Assembly (NCBI RefSeq): GCF_023055435.1
Contig: NW_025964223.1
Location: 49,042,001 to 49,106,000, forward strand
Length of the DNA: 64,000 bases
Origin: Haliotis rufescens
Lineage: Eukaryota
Reading direction: 5' to 3'
Shown here: positions 1 to 13,012 of the stretch, piece by piece
Layout of the letters: every line of letters begins with the position of its first letter
Position numbering within the stretch: position 1 is the stretch's first letter
Position numbers and translations under genes: made by a program
The notes under the pieces: generated by a model
Told to the model about the DNA's origin: nothing
What the model saw: the letters and a program-made list of their open reading frames with translations, nothing else
Databases searched by the model: none

Positions 1-428
1 TCGCCTCATGCCTGCAGCTGTTATAGCCAACCTTATTCCCGACCTTCGTAGATTGTTGGCACAAAGATTTCGATGCCTTTTCTTGAGTAATGTCATTGCT
101 GTTCGGCGCTGTACGTCCCATATTGCGTTAACAGCGGTGCAGGCAACTACTGCGTTCGGTTGCAAGCCAATGAAGACATGTGAAAACCACCTCTACCGTT
201 GTGACGGACGTGTTCGAGTATAACGACTTCGGGGTTAGCATTACGTCGATAGATGTCTCCTGAAAGAAGATCGCTTTGGCGGAGTTAGCTTTATGGTATT
301 GAGAAGGCTCAAAGCTCAGGGTTATCGTGATGAGATCATTCAGCTCTTTGTTATCCGGAATGGCATTCAACAGATCTCCATCAAACGTTTAGTTGGTTCA
401 ATTTGGCTAAGGTGCTTAACATGCATTC

Positions 429-677
429 GTTTGTTTGTTTGTTTGTTAGTTGTTCAACGCCGCGCTCAGCAATATTCCAGTTATATGACGGATGTCTGTA
501 AATAATGGTGTCTGAACCTGACAACCCAGTGATTGGTATCATTCGCATTGATCAACGAAATTGGGATCGATGACATGCATCAACCAGGTCAGCGAGCCTG
601 ACCACCAGATCCCGTTAGTTGCATCTTACGACACGGACGAGTTTCCAAGGAGCAATTCTAACCCGGATCTTCACGCG
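429..677 (-). mobile_element. SINE family B copy
   Basis: Matches the copies at 21203-21445, 34725-34965, 38008-38220 and 44515-44790. Has the shared 3' tail ctggaatattgctgagcgcggcgtt followed by (aaac)n. Degraded copies lie at about 1108-1282, 2590-2772, 2812-2980 and 52750-52905. Confidence 0.8.
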
Positions 678-2195
678 TCTTAAAATGCATTAATGCTCAT
701 TGGGGATACGCATGGTATTTACCTATGAATTGAAGTTTTTGACATTTACACCGTGTCCTGAGCCTCTTTGCAACACGGTATTAAATGGTTTTCCATGCTT
801 TAGACACGTGTGTGGCTTCCAATGAGTAAAAAAGAACGTTACGGTATTTTTTGTTGTTAAGCATATGTGACATGCTCTGAAGTATCCGGCATAGACGTGA
901 TAGAAAATGATTATCTTATTGATCCCTTTGATGTATAATAATGAATACTGTTTATTGAAATGTTAATCCTTATATTCACTATCTGCCGAACCATGATTAA
1001 CTTGATCAGTGTATAACCATGGTATAACTAGATCAATGTACAAGAAGAAAGGAGATGTATTTGACACTAGAGGTTCCATTTGTCATTAGCAGGGTGAACG
1101 GGATTTTAACGAGCTATATTACAGATATATGTCGACGGTCTGTATATAATCGACAATTCAGTGATTGACATCCTGAGCATTGATCTATACGGCGACATTC
1201 GTAAACAAAGTCACCGAGCCTGATCACCCGTCCCCGTCTGAAGCCTCTTACCACAAGCATGGGTTGCTGAAGACTATTGCTAACACGCATCTGCACGGGA
1301 TGAATAGAACTGTACACCGAGAGACCGATAGTTGAGGGGTGTACACGAACGTTCAGCTCGTTAAATCGGGTAAACTCCGCTAGTGACACATGCGACGAAT
1401 TTATCATTAATTATGTTTGGGTGACCGACAGTGGGTTTGGAATGGTAAGGTTCAGTTATGACGTGACAGGCAAGAAACGTCGAATCAATGACATTATGAC
1501 GTCTTTCTATCCGTTTAAGACGGCAACTTATTCTTTAACGTGTAATGATAATAACTCTTGCTTCCACTGACTGTTTTAGTGATGTAGAAAAGTGTTTAGT
1601 CGTGAATTAAACATTGACAAATCAAATTTCTTCACACAATTCAACGTACATGTATGTCCCCAAACCGGACTTCGTGAAAGGCTGTTGACAATTATTATAC
1701 ACGTGCTAGTTCATATTTTGAAACAAAAAGAAAACCAAAAGTTACATCAATATATATTTCCGTCATCACAAAAATTATTTCATGTCTTTAATTTATACTG
1801 TAACAAGTGAAAACAAAGTGTCAGTTAATAAAACTTATCACAAGTAGAGAATACTTTCATAAAATTGTATAGCTGTACACAGTATGCATGGCTTAATATT
1901 TGTTCTTGCGTCGTCTGGTTACAAGTCATATTTTACTGCTCACACGATTTAAACACGTCTTAATTATAAAGTGGATAAGATATGCTTAGCGGTGTTATCT
2001 AGCTCAAACGATGCGGCAAAGTTGAATAACGAGGGCAGGATTAATCCATGGGATTTTCAGCTCAGGTTTTCATCACAAGAGTTTAAAAGCTTGACCGCTA
2101 GAGCGATATTGAGCTGCTGCACTCCCTTCTTTAATGATAAGTATTAGTAGCCGATTTGTCAAACAATGTACACCAAATGTGTACGGATGTTTCAG

Positions 2196-2378
2196 GGAAG
2201 TGGTGTACCAGCCGAGGCCATGAATACATTGATGCGGGGAGCATCTGTTACAGCAAGTCTCAGACAAAAGAAATTAGGGAGATGGCCGGGAAGGAATGTC
2301 ACAAGCGACGTGGATGGCTATTCGTCGTTGACAGCGAAGAGGAACACATGTTCTTCGTGAATGTTGTGCAGAGAGAAT
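2196..2378 (+). CDS. C-type lectin domain protein, internal exon (N-terminal half of CTLD)
   Basis: Bounded by tttcag| and |gtgagt, 183 nt, phase 1-1. Encodes WCTSRGHEYIDAGSICYSKSQ...AGKECHKRRGWLFVVDSEEEHMFF, which fits the CTLD pattern CY...A...C....G.L....S.EE..F. Confidence 0.75.
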
Positions 2379-3073
2379 GTGAGTCATGGTGTAATTTGCT
2401 GACCAAATTAAAGCATGCAGTGTGCTGTTAGGAGTGTATGTAAACATGTTATTTCATGGATATTTACACTGGCTAAGTATTAAAGACATTTTCTCAGTTT
2501 TATGCAAAATATGTGAAAATTCTTCTTTCTCAGTAATCGCTTCAATGGTGTTTGGAATAGGTCGACAGCACTCTAGATCTATTGATATTGTTTACTGTAA
2601 TGTTTGCGATAGGTTGGTCAGGCAGTGTTATGGCTGATTCTGTTTCTGATTCCGATTGCGTGGATTATTCGTCATGTTTCCATTACTGGTTTGTCTGGAC
2701 CAGATTTAATTATTTACAGACCGCCTGAAAAAAACTGAATATTGCTCATAGCGGCGTTAAACCACACTAAACAAGATTCACTTACTTTTACTGTTTGGCA
2801 AGGATTTTGTTTCTTGTTTGCCGCACTAAGCAATATACAAGGTATATGAAGGCAGTCTGTAAATAATCAAATCTGGACCAGACATGATGAGCATCGATCA
2901 ATGCGGATACGATGAGATGCATCAAGCAGGTCAGCGAGCATGACCATTCGATATCGTTAGTCGCCCTTTACGATAGGCATCGGTATAAGACTAGTTGTAT
3001 ATTTGATATGAGTGCTGATAATTGGTATTCATGGTATTCATGTGACTCAAGCCATATACTTGTATATTTTCAG

Positions 3074-3321
3074 TGAAAGGAGATTCATGTTTTATTGGTG
3101 GGTGGAGACATCACTCCCTTTTACGGGGGGATACGTGGAAATGGAACAGGACAAGGATAATATCAAAGTTGGAGTTTAGATGGCATATAGATGAACCTAA
3201 AAACGCGTGGTCTGGAAGTCAGAATTGTATTCAATACTTAAGAAAACATGGCAAATACCTCTGGGGTGATGTTGATTGTGAAATTCCCAATAATTACTAC
3301 TGCCATTATCTACAAATATAG
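3074..3321 (+). CDS. C-type lectin domain protein, last exon
   Basis: ttttcag| acceptor is in phase with the previous exon. FIGG...WKW...W..DEPKN...QNC...WGDVDC.....YYC is the CTLD C-terminal half, with EPK/WGD in place of EPN/WND. The upstream exon(s) were not identified. Confidence 0.85.
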
Positions 3322-4274
3322 TTCACACACCGTGGACGTAACCTCGTGTATATTCATTGGTGAGAAGAACATTGGGTTCCAATACGTAGGCGTGTTTCTG
3401 TCGCTGTCATATGATATGTACAGGTGGACATCTGATCTTGAAGAGTCCTGTAGTTTTAGCCTGCTGCTGCTGCTGCAATGTGGATGCCATGCAACAGATT
3501 TCGATAGCATATCCGTTCCGTTGTGTGATTATCCAATATGCTGGCAACTAGAATCATTTTTACATTAACAAGAAAAAAAGAGTTTTGCATTAGAATCTGA
3601 AAGATTGATCTATATCCACCATGCAATAACCACGATATGTCACGCACTGGCAAGTAGGTCAACATATTGGTTTAATGTTTGAGAAGGTTATCCAAAACAC
3701 ATTTCCCATACCATATTTTTGGTCCTGACCAAGAAGTATTATCTGCACATCCTCTTGTAAAGCATCAAACAGTAAAGTAGATGGTTTGTTCGGGATAAGT
3801 GATGGGTAAGACAGTGCCAGAGGAAATTTGCCAGCAATAGCCTCATTTGCAAGGCGTGTCACTAGTTTACGTATGGCTCATTTGTGAAGCTAGATAGTTG
3901 AATGATGTCATATTCATTTCCCGCACTAAGATAAGAAGATGAGGCATTGTGATCAACATTTATTCTTTCCTGTATTAACTAAGAACTACGGTTCTTCAAT
4001 ATGAAAACTGGTTGTCTCTGCCTGCAATAAATGAGACAGAATCAAGAATTTGTTGGGTGACTGAATTGTACAACATCGCCACATGAGAGAAATGTTCCCA
4101 TGTGACTTTCTCAGCTCCGAAATATGAAGATGTGGAATAGCCTGAGGCACACATACATTTTCTCAGCAAGGTGTGCTCCATTGATTCATATCCATGATAT
4201 TTAGTCTGCCACGATTCAACATAATTATAAGAAAAACATAAGCTGTTAAGCAGCTGTGTCTGTTAACCAGTTAA

Positions 4275-4530
4275 GAGTGAGTGAGTTAGGTTTAACGCCG
4301 CTTTTAACAGTATTACAGTTATATCACGGCGTATCAGCTTAATGTGCGAGGAAAGCCCGAAATGCTGCAGGTCTCAGTCATTTACCACTTCGATGAAACC
4401 CACGAGCATGGGTATGGTGCTGACAAACCAAGAAACATTATCGGTGTGAACCGGGATTCGAACCCACAATTATAGGTTTCTCGTGTGCCCAAGGGACGCA
4501 ACTTTGCACAGCGAATCGCCTTAGACGACT
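4275..4530 (-). mobile_element. SINE family C (tRNA-like head) inserted in copy D
   Basis: B-box ggttcgaatccc on the minus strand. Homologous to 19015-19237, 20425-20675, 35310-35530(+) and 36990-37105. Shared tail with (actc)n. Confidence 0.8.
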
Positions 4531-4571
4531 GTGTAAATACATTTATAACTTATGTATAACTTTGTCAAATC

Positions 4572-4680
4572 TTTTACGCCGCTTTTAGTAATATTCCAGT
4601 AATATTACGGTGGTGGACACCAGTAATGGGCTTTACACGTTGTACTCATGTCGGGGATCGAACCCGGGTCTTCGGCGTGA
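4572..4680 (-). mobile_element. SINE family A, partial
   Basis: Reverse complement of the 13180-13350 element (acgccgaagacccgggttcgat...aaaagcggcgtaaaa). Confidence 0.8.
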
Positions 4681-5469
4681 TAATGATCATAATCTGTTTT
4701 TTAATGTTATATTGGTATTTTATGTTTCATTAGTGTTGAGCTTTGTGTGAGTTGTTTGTGATATGATGGTACTGGCTACAGGATGAATAAGGATGATATT
4801 TCTTGATTCTATCTTCAATGGCTTCAGATATGTTGGCTCTAGTATTGAACTCAATCATCTCTAGATTTTCCTTATTTATCCCTTTCCCGTTTTTTCCGTG
4901 TCTGTGGTTGTTACGTTTTATTATCTTTGTTTCCCAAAATACTCGAAATGTGTCTCATTGCCATCGTCGTTGTGGCCCACAGGCTGACAATTTCTTTAAA
5001 AGACACTCTATGAATCTGATGCCATACCCTCCAAGTCGGAATTCATTCATCACTTTAAGACACATTGCCGTATCCTCTTATTTTTTTATCAGACTTGTTG
5101 CAAAATGCAAGGTTTCGGAGGTGCAAGTGCAATTTCGTGTGATTGTGTCATTAAAATAATGCATCGTATTACGAGTATTGGAAATATAATCTGGGGTAAT
5201 ATATGTTGATTCATCCTTTTTAAGTTGAGGCAATATCTAAGTTTTTTTTCTCAACAGTGTGCAACTAATGATGTTACAGGAAGTATACCTGACCAGCTGC
5301 AGGGGACTATGAAATGATTAAATTAATCTGTTATTGTTTTGGGTAGAATATAATCTACTTAGATACATTATTTCGAGTATGATACGTTAATATATTGGAT
5401 GTAAGTAAGTTAAATCCAGAAACGATTCAGTAGGATCATCCTGTAAGAGGTGTCTCCAACCCAGTGAGC

Positions 5470-6215
5470 CACATTGCTAGGAGAGGCGTTGGCAGGTGAG
5501 TCAGGATTCAAACTTGTAGAGGCGGCTTCAACTCCAGCGGTTCTATCGCTTGACGATATGATCACAAGTGAGTCAGGATTCAAACTTGTAGAGGCGGCTT
5601 CAACTCCAGCGGTTCTATCGCTTGACGATATGATCACAAGTGAGTCAGGATCTCTGCTTGTAGAGGTGGCTTCAAGTCCAGCTGATCTATCGCTTGACGA
5701 TATGATCACAAGTGAGTCAGGATCTCTGCTTGTAGAGGTGGCTTCAACTCCAGCGGTTCTATCGCTTGACGATATGATCACAAGTTAGTCAGGATCTCTG
5801 CTTGTAGAGGTGGCTTCAAGTCCAGCTGATCTACTGCTAGAATATGTGTTAACAGGTCAGTCACGGTCTCTGCTTGTAGAGGTGGCTTCAACTCCAGCGG
5901 TTCTGCTGCTTGACGATATGATCACAAGTTAGTCAGGATCTCTGCCTGTCGATGTGGCTCCAACTCCAGCGGTTCTATCGCTTGACGATATGATCACAAG
6001 TGAGTCAGGATTCAAGCGTGTAGAGGTGGTTTCAACTCCAGCGGGTCTACCGCTTGACGATATGGTCACAAGTGAATAGGGATCTCTGCTTGTCGAGGTG
6101 GCTTCAACTCCAGCGGGTCTAACGCTTGGCGATATGTTCAGAAGTATATTGCTAGAAGATATGTTCAGAGCTGAGTCCGGATCTCTGCTTGTAGAGGTGG
6201 CCTCAACTCCAGCAT
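5470..6215 (-). repeat. 72-bp (24-codon) minisatellite, ~10 copies; Ser/Thr-rich reading on the minus strand
   Basis: gtgagtcagg recurs at 5496, 5568, 5640 and 5712. The minus frame reads (IISSSDRTAGVEATSTSRDPDSLV)n, with TAA in two copies. Confidence 0.9.
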
Positions 6216-6284
6216 CTGGATCAATTCAGGCTTTCCTCTCACATTAAGCTGACACGCCGCGATGAAACTGGAATACTGTTAAAA

Positions 6285-7416
6285 GGTAATGTACTTAAAA
6301 CTTAACCAATCAGAGATTGCTATGCGTCCCTCCACTATATAAGTAGGTGCAGTTTGACTGCCAAGGCACACTGCATCTGTAAAAATCTTGGAACGCTAGC
6401 AACTCTGATGTCATCATTTATCCTCAATTCATCTATTCTATTTTAAGGTAAGACATTTTCATGCCTTGTTTCAATGGTCGTTTTCATATATGTTGAATGT
6501 GTTTTATGATTATTGTCTTAGATTTCTGGAACATAGTATATTTTCAACAACATGCGTTGGTTCATTGTCAAGTTATTGTTCAATGTATTTTTTAATCTTC
6601 TACAACTTTTTAGGAATGTTTTGAACACTAAAGTAATGCTCACTATTCCAACTATATGTGTCACATAAGGAGGTTGTAGTGTAAAGTAATTTCGATCACC
6701 AACATATGAAAATAAATATTCCTGATCAACATCTTGAGAACCATTTGATAAAAAAGAAATCTAGTCCAAGTATCAACAACATCGTAAAGTCATATCGTGA
6801 AAATGTGTAGATACATTGCTAGCAGTAATGCTTGACTTAGTTCCATCAGCTTTGTTCTTTATAGGAAATGATGAGATACCTATAACTTAATGTTTGTAGT
6901 TAAATGCGAGCTCTGCATAAAATACCTAATAACTCTTGTATTAGAAGAACTACAGTAATGCGTGAAACTGTATTACCGTAATACATCTACAAATACGTCC
7001 ATCATTAATGTTGCATCATGTCAAGCTGACAATAGCATGGTGAATCATATGTGTTGTCTTGGTTATTGTACCGTTTTAAAAAAAATCCATTCTGATACTA
7101 TTTATGTATAATGTAATGTATAATTATTTGATATGTTTAAAGGATTCATTGAAACGAAATGCTTATTGATATATGTTCTGCTTATCATGAGGAGTTACGT
7201 TATAAGAAACCAAGACGTTATGATCTTCTATCTGTAATAATGTGTTTTAGGATTATTAGATATGTTTGTACGATTAATTGAATTGAAATGTTTATTGAGT
7301 GTCACTCACTGCATCTGAATAAATCTTGGAACGCTAGCAACTCTGATGTCATTATTCATCCTCAATTCATCTTTTCTATTTTAAGGAAAAAATACCGTGA
7401 GACAGCACGTTCTCAG
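6285..7416 (+). mobile_element. ~1.1-kb ORF-less element with CCAAT/TATA and ~80-bp near-terminal direct repeats (copy 1)
   Basis: Homologous in reverse orientation to 13665-14748. Direct repeats at about 6368-6448 and 7307-7386. Confidence 0.75.
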
Positions 7417-9336
7417 TATGTCTAAATATGCCTCGCCAGTAAACCACATTGACAAATTGTATATATCATAAATGCATGTGTGTTTTACTTCATAAGAAGC
7501 CTTAAAAGTACATGTACTCATCAAGATAAAGACTATATTTTAACCATGTGCTGTTTCCATGTATAACCAAATCGTCCTGTATTTTATATAACCACTAAGA
7601 TTGATAAGAATTTTCCTTTCATGAGAATTTGTTTGTGGGAGTGAAGATATTTCATAGAACAGTGCCGGAAAAGTATGAATAAGGATACGAACATAATATT
7701 ATATCCAGAACTTTAATACTGGGTGAGTGGACAGTGAGATAGAAGAATGTGCTGTAAAATTTGTGGTACATGCTTTTTTCGAATTACACAAATCAACACA
7801 AGCGTCAGATAAGTGGCATTAGACAGATTCTCTCTGAATATCAGGGTAGGCCATTTTGTCAATTACAAACGTAAAATAGGCGAAAGGCTTGTCTCTGCAT
7901 TCAGATATATTAAATGCTTTTGCGATGCACAATGGATCTGTGTAGTCTGACATGTGGAGACAAGAAAATATACCTTATGTACACTATCTTATGTTTACAG
8001 CCTGAATACTTTCCGTTGTAATTTGTGAATTCCCTATTTTGCGTGCAACACATGCTCCCATGTTTGTTCAGTTGAACTTGGCTTGAACGCAATACAAACT
8101 CCAGGACCATAGTCAATTACGTACAGGCTTGTGTGGCAATGCTGGAATATTGCCTTCATAATGAACGAATAAAAATGTAAATATAGTTTAACCATTGTGC
8201 GTGTGGCTTAAAGTGTCTGGACACAAGTCATTACTTGAAGACAGTGTTTTGCCGACTGAGGTAATGCTTTGTAAACTTTGTAATGTGCGAAGGTGAAGCA
8301 AGGAAGAAGGCGTGTCTTAATCTCAAAGCTATCCGCGAAACACATTTGGCTGACCCTTACAAACTATAGTCGAGGGCGAGCACCGTATCAAACATACCAA
8401 CCGTTATTTTATTGGTGTTTAGCCCGGCCTTAAGTCATAATCTTCTAAAGGGTTAAGTATCACGCTGTCCACTTTGTATTAGTCTGATTTTGTAGGTGTA
8501 AACGCGTTTTTCTCCATACAACAGCTGTACAAGTGAAGCGTGGTCATAGTTGATCCACGTTTGGTCGACAACGTCGGGGTAGTAGAAGTAGTTTTCAGAG
8601 AACAAGTGTTAATGTACAACAATGTTTTTATATATATTTTATGAACCTTCCCAATAATCATTACCCATATATTAACATATATAATACATATTGTAGATAC
8701 AAGAAGGAGATATATTAACAACAGTGGGTTGACATAAGACACCACAATATACACCTCCATATTAGACACCACAATCTCACACAGGTGTCACCGGACAATT
8801 TATTGCTTCCATAACAGCAGTGCTATTTAAATATTTCTTCTTGAAGGTTAGTGAGTTAGTTGGTGTAATACCCAGTTTCAAAGATCAGCTGAACGGTTAA
8901 CACAGTGCCAGGTATACATGTTCATGGTTTCAGTTGTCTTGAAAGACAGTTACATACCCTCTGTAATGTGATCATAGTCTACATGCGTGTATCTACGCCC
9001 GTATGTAGCCTGGTCTATCTAGCACCGCAAGAGCCAGAATGTAACGAACTGGGAGAAGGCGGCTGTTTCAAATGACATGGTCAGTTACCGCCAGATTCAA
9101 ACATTAGTTCCCTGAAAACAGGAAAACACAGTTGGAAAAATGCTAGTTAGAAATGAAACCCGAAGACATAAAGTTGTGGAACCGAGGCGAGCGGGAAAAA
9201 CAACAACAGGCGAGCGAGCCTTGTACGTTTGCTGTTTCATTCCTTCTCGGCCTTCGGTTTCAAAGGGTAGTTTGGACAATGAATATGCGTGAATGTCGCT
9301 AAATGTCCTGTGCATGACGATACACATGGGTAGAAA

Positions 9337-9370
9337 GGAAATTCCCTCAACTGGAATATTGGGATTCCCC
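9337..9370. promoter_or_regulatory. Pair of NF-kB-type sites
   Basis: GGAAATTCCC (9337-9346) and GGGATTCCCC (9361-9370) match GGGRNNYYCC on one strand. Motif match only. Confidence 0.35.
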
Positions 9371-10269
9371 GACATTCCGCATTAACAGTGAGTGAGTAAG
9401 GTTTTACACCGCTTCAAGCAATATTCCAGCAATATCACGGCGGGGACACCACGAATGGGCTTCACATCCGCAGTAATAAAAATAGTGCGCCTCGGTGGGC
9501 GTGGCTTAATGTTTGTACATTCATTGGGAAGTGAATGCAATAACACGTGACCAGTTCAGCTATTCAGTATGCAGACATTTCAATGAACACAAAGGAAATT
9601 CAATAATTGCATGACTTTTATGAGATTTGAAGAAAACTTAATACTATATGAATCCCACTAGGGCCCTGTACAGCTTATATATGTATAGTCGGCAGGCTTT
9701 ATCAATGCATCTATGCAACCCTAATACAAAACACTGAAACAATATACACAAAGAACATAACTTTATTCTGATACACTTACGAAATAATAATGATGGTACA
9801 AGTAAATCAAGGATAATTATTCCTTTTCGAACTTTATACATATGAATTAAAACATGAATGATTAGGTAGTTCTTACTAACATGTATAGTTTTCACACTGG
9901 CAGAGTGTTTCTATTGAACGAATACATGTGTTTCCTATTAAGCATTGTAGAACTAGCTATGATACATTTACACATCACAGCTATATGCAAAAGACAAATA
10001 TACTCCAAAGTACTGTAAAGTATATTAAAAATGAATGTTCCTTTTTTTTTTTGGAAACTCACCATATGCCCCCGAAGATTCTGACATTGACAAAATATAC
10101 ACAACCACTATTAATGACCACTTCATTATTTCATAATTCCTACCAATTACCCAATATTAACAACTTACAAAATATGCTGTGAAAATGTTACATTGGGTGA
10201 GGCTGACGAAACTAGACGGCACATCACATGACAAGGTGTCCATTGGTAGTAAGTATGGTTTGCGCTGTC

Positions 10270-10430
10270 TGGAATGGAATTTGGCGAAGAAGTTTGACTT
10301 AAGTTTCAGGTATATCGATGATTTGATCTCAATTGTGGTCAAAGAGTCAATTCCCTTCCACTGATTTACCCAGCTGTCTGGCAATACAAGAGACCAGTGA
10401 AACCACCTCGTCCGTTTTATAATTAGATCT
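10270..10430 (+). mobile_element. Penelope-like RT fragment
   Basis: LAKKFDLSFRYIDDLISI carries the RT YIDD motif in a PLE-type context, followed by IYP. Homologous to 57985-58200. Confidence 0.65.
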
Positions 10431-10885
10431 ACGCATAAAATACATACACATGAACATTGTACAAAACAGTTGTATAGCTTTGCTTAGTAAATAGTGAGTT
10501 CAGGAAACGCGAGACTACCAGAACACACAAAAAGATTATTTGAGATTTCGAAAACGATTTAAAGATCATGTCCAGATAGGCTTGACTTTTGTTTGTATTC
10601 AGATACAAATATGATAGTAATAAATGTATTTAACACCAACGTAAACTATGAAATTATGATTGTTGGTTCTGTATGAATTTGAGTTAAGTATAGTAAGAAA
10701 AACACCTAGCAGGTTTGACAGATTAATACATTTGCATTACATGGTGCTTTTGATGCTATGGTGCTTTTGATACTTTTGTATTGCACATGTTTAAGAAACT
10801 TGTGATACCACAAGCAGAAAGCGCTCACAAGATATTTTGGAAATTTACTGTTTACCCACAACATATTGATGCAAAATACATACAT

Positions 10886-11950
10886 TAAAAAGGGTCACTA
10901 CCCGACGTCAAGATCGTAAGATTGTGCGACAGCATCTTCAAGATCGCTTTGTTAGTCCTGCGGAAATTGCTCGACAGAACCTGGGGACACACCAGCGACA
11001 CATTAGTGCGGACACCGTGCGTCGACGATTGACGAGCAGACACCTCCACTGTCACAGGCCACACCGAGGACCCAGTCTGACACCACGTCATCGCCGGGAC
11101 CGTCTTCAGTTGGCAACACAGCACCAGCATTGGCGCCACCAGCGGACGAGCGCCGTTACTGTATCTCAACAGCAGATGGCAGAGAGAGAGAGAGAGAGAG
11201 AGAGAGTCTGGCGACGCTGAGGGGAACGTTATTCGGATGCTTGTGTTGTTGAGAGAGACTCGTGGGATGGTCCGAGCAGCATGGTGTGGGGTGGAATTGG
11301 TCTTCCACAGAGAGTCTGCCCTGTGGTCTTCCAGAACATCGGTACAGGGAGACGGCAATGGTGTCACAGTAGCTCGGTACATTGATCAATTCTTGAGACC
11401 ACACACCATACCTCATTTGGCTAGTCACCGCAGCCACGAGTTTCAGCATGATAACGCCCGTGCCCACACTGCGAGAGCAAAAATAGACTTCCTCCAGCAG
11501 AATGGCATCAGAACCATGCAGTGACCTGCCCTCAGTCCCGATTTAAATCCCATTTAGCACCCGTGGGACGAGATTCAAAGACGGCTGAATGACGTCCGAC
11601 CAAGGGTGACAACTGCAGCTGAACTGTGTCAGGCGTTCCCCAGAGTGTGGGCTCAAGTGCCTATGGCCATCATCAAACGCCTCATCTATTCCATGTATCG
11701 ACGTTGCACAGCAGTCAGCAATGCACATGACGGACCAACGAGATACTGACTTGTGATGCCATTTTCTCAGAGACTAGTGTTGTGTTTCACTTTAAGAACA
11801 TTTGACACTTAAATGTCTCACTTGATGATCGGTTTCGCCAAGTTTCATCTTATTAATATGTCTCAAAGTATGTTTACAGTGTTTGGACAAATAAGGTTTC
11901 TCACATTCACATATCTATCCATGGTGACGTTTCTTTTGCGCTTCAATATA
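10886..11950 (+). mobile_element. Tc1/mariner transposon remnant
   Basis: HTH region ISADTVRRRL, FQHDNARAHTAR and a degenerate WPALSPDLNPI. Frameshifted, with a (GA)n insertion. Ends in gtgacgtttcttttgcgcttcaatata, a Tc1-type TIR. Confidence 0.9.
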
Positions 11951-11959
11951 TATGTATTT

Positions 11960-13012
11960 TTGATAATCATTTTAACACTTTTACCACATATAAAATATCT
12001 GAAGACAAAATGTCTGAAGGTAATTGACATGTTGAAAGTCGTTTCTCATTCAAAATGGGGAGGGGATCAGACAACCCTCCTTAATTTATATCGTTCTCTC
12101 ATCCGTTCCAAACTCGATTATGGCTCCATCATTTATGACGGAGCCTGTGAAAGCAACTTAAAATTATTAGATTCAGCACTTCATCATAGGCCTGAGGCTT
12201 TGTCTTGGTGCCTTTAGAACATCACCAGTTGATAGCTTATATGTAGAGGCTGATGAGCCATCTCTCAAACAACGTCCAATTAAACTGTCGTTGCAATATG
12301 TGACTAAATTACACTCGAATCCGTCGAATCCAGCATACGATTGTGTGTTTAATCCCATGTATGAACATTTATTCTAATCAAAACAAAAACTTGTTACTCC
12401 TCTAGGGTTCAGAATTAAGCCACATATTATCGCAGCTAATATTGATCTTTCTACTATCTCACCATACCGGTTACTGTCTACGCCTCCTTGGCAACCAGTC
12501 AAACCCGAGGTAGACCTAACACTAACTACCCTAAAAAAGCTGACACAAACCAATTTGACAAGAATATGCCCAAATGCGTTCAAAATATGATACTTATCGC
12601 TGTATTTTTACCGATGGCTCCAAGGATGGTGTCAAAGTTTCAAGTGCCACTGTCATTGGATCTAAAATGGTGTCTTCGAGAATCCCAGGTAATAGTTATA
12701 TTTTTACAGCTGAGGCCAATGCTATTCTTATAGCACTGGACTACATTCAAAACCAATCATCTCAATAGTTCATCATCTTTTCTGATTCCTTGTCATGCCT
12801 TCGGGCAATATATAATTGTTCATCAATGACTAATTGACTGAAAACTTCTTCGTTTTAATATTGCTCAGGTTTGTTTTATGTCTACACTGTGATATTTACC
12901 TTACTGTTTTGCTGTCTTTTGTCGACGGGAATGTTCTAATAAAAAACTTCTTCTCATCGCGATATGGCTGCAATATTGCCGATGCGATGTAAACTTATAA
13001 CTCACTCACTCA
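11960..13012 (+). mobile_element. 5'-truncated I/Nimb-clade LINE (RT C-terminus + RNase H)
   Basis: SHSKWGGDQTTLLNLYRSLIRSKLDYGSIIY, then RNase H motifs IFTDGSKDG, IFTAEANAIL and IFSDS. A 3' tail resembling that of the local SINEs follows, ending in (actc)n. Confidence 0.85.

Larger units (their letters stand above)
3440..5100 (-). pseudogene. Decayed STAND NTPase-ankyrin paralog (copy D)
   Basis: Fragments align in order to copy A/B. TAMCLKVMNEFRLGGYGIRFIECL (5000-5071) ~ TVMSLMLMEKYRLKEYDIRFIESL. FNTRANISEAIEDRIKKY ~ FNSRTNIFNEVEPKIRKY. VSFIAGRDN ~ VSFVVGDMN. RLANEAIAGKFPLALSYPSL...GMGNVFWITFS ~ RLVHELVSVNLAPPLSHPSL...GLGFLFWTTFS. IHIAAA marks the first ankyrin. Many frameshifts and deletions, plus two SINE insertions. 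Confidence 0.85.

Noticed and set aside
1-400. Possible FN3/Ig-like coding remnant on the minus strand (IGLQPN...TAVNAI)
   Set aside because: Requires a frameshift, the motif is too short and the window edge truncates it.
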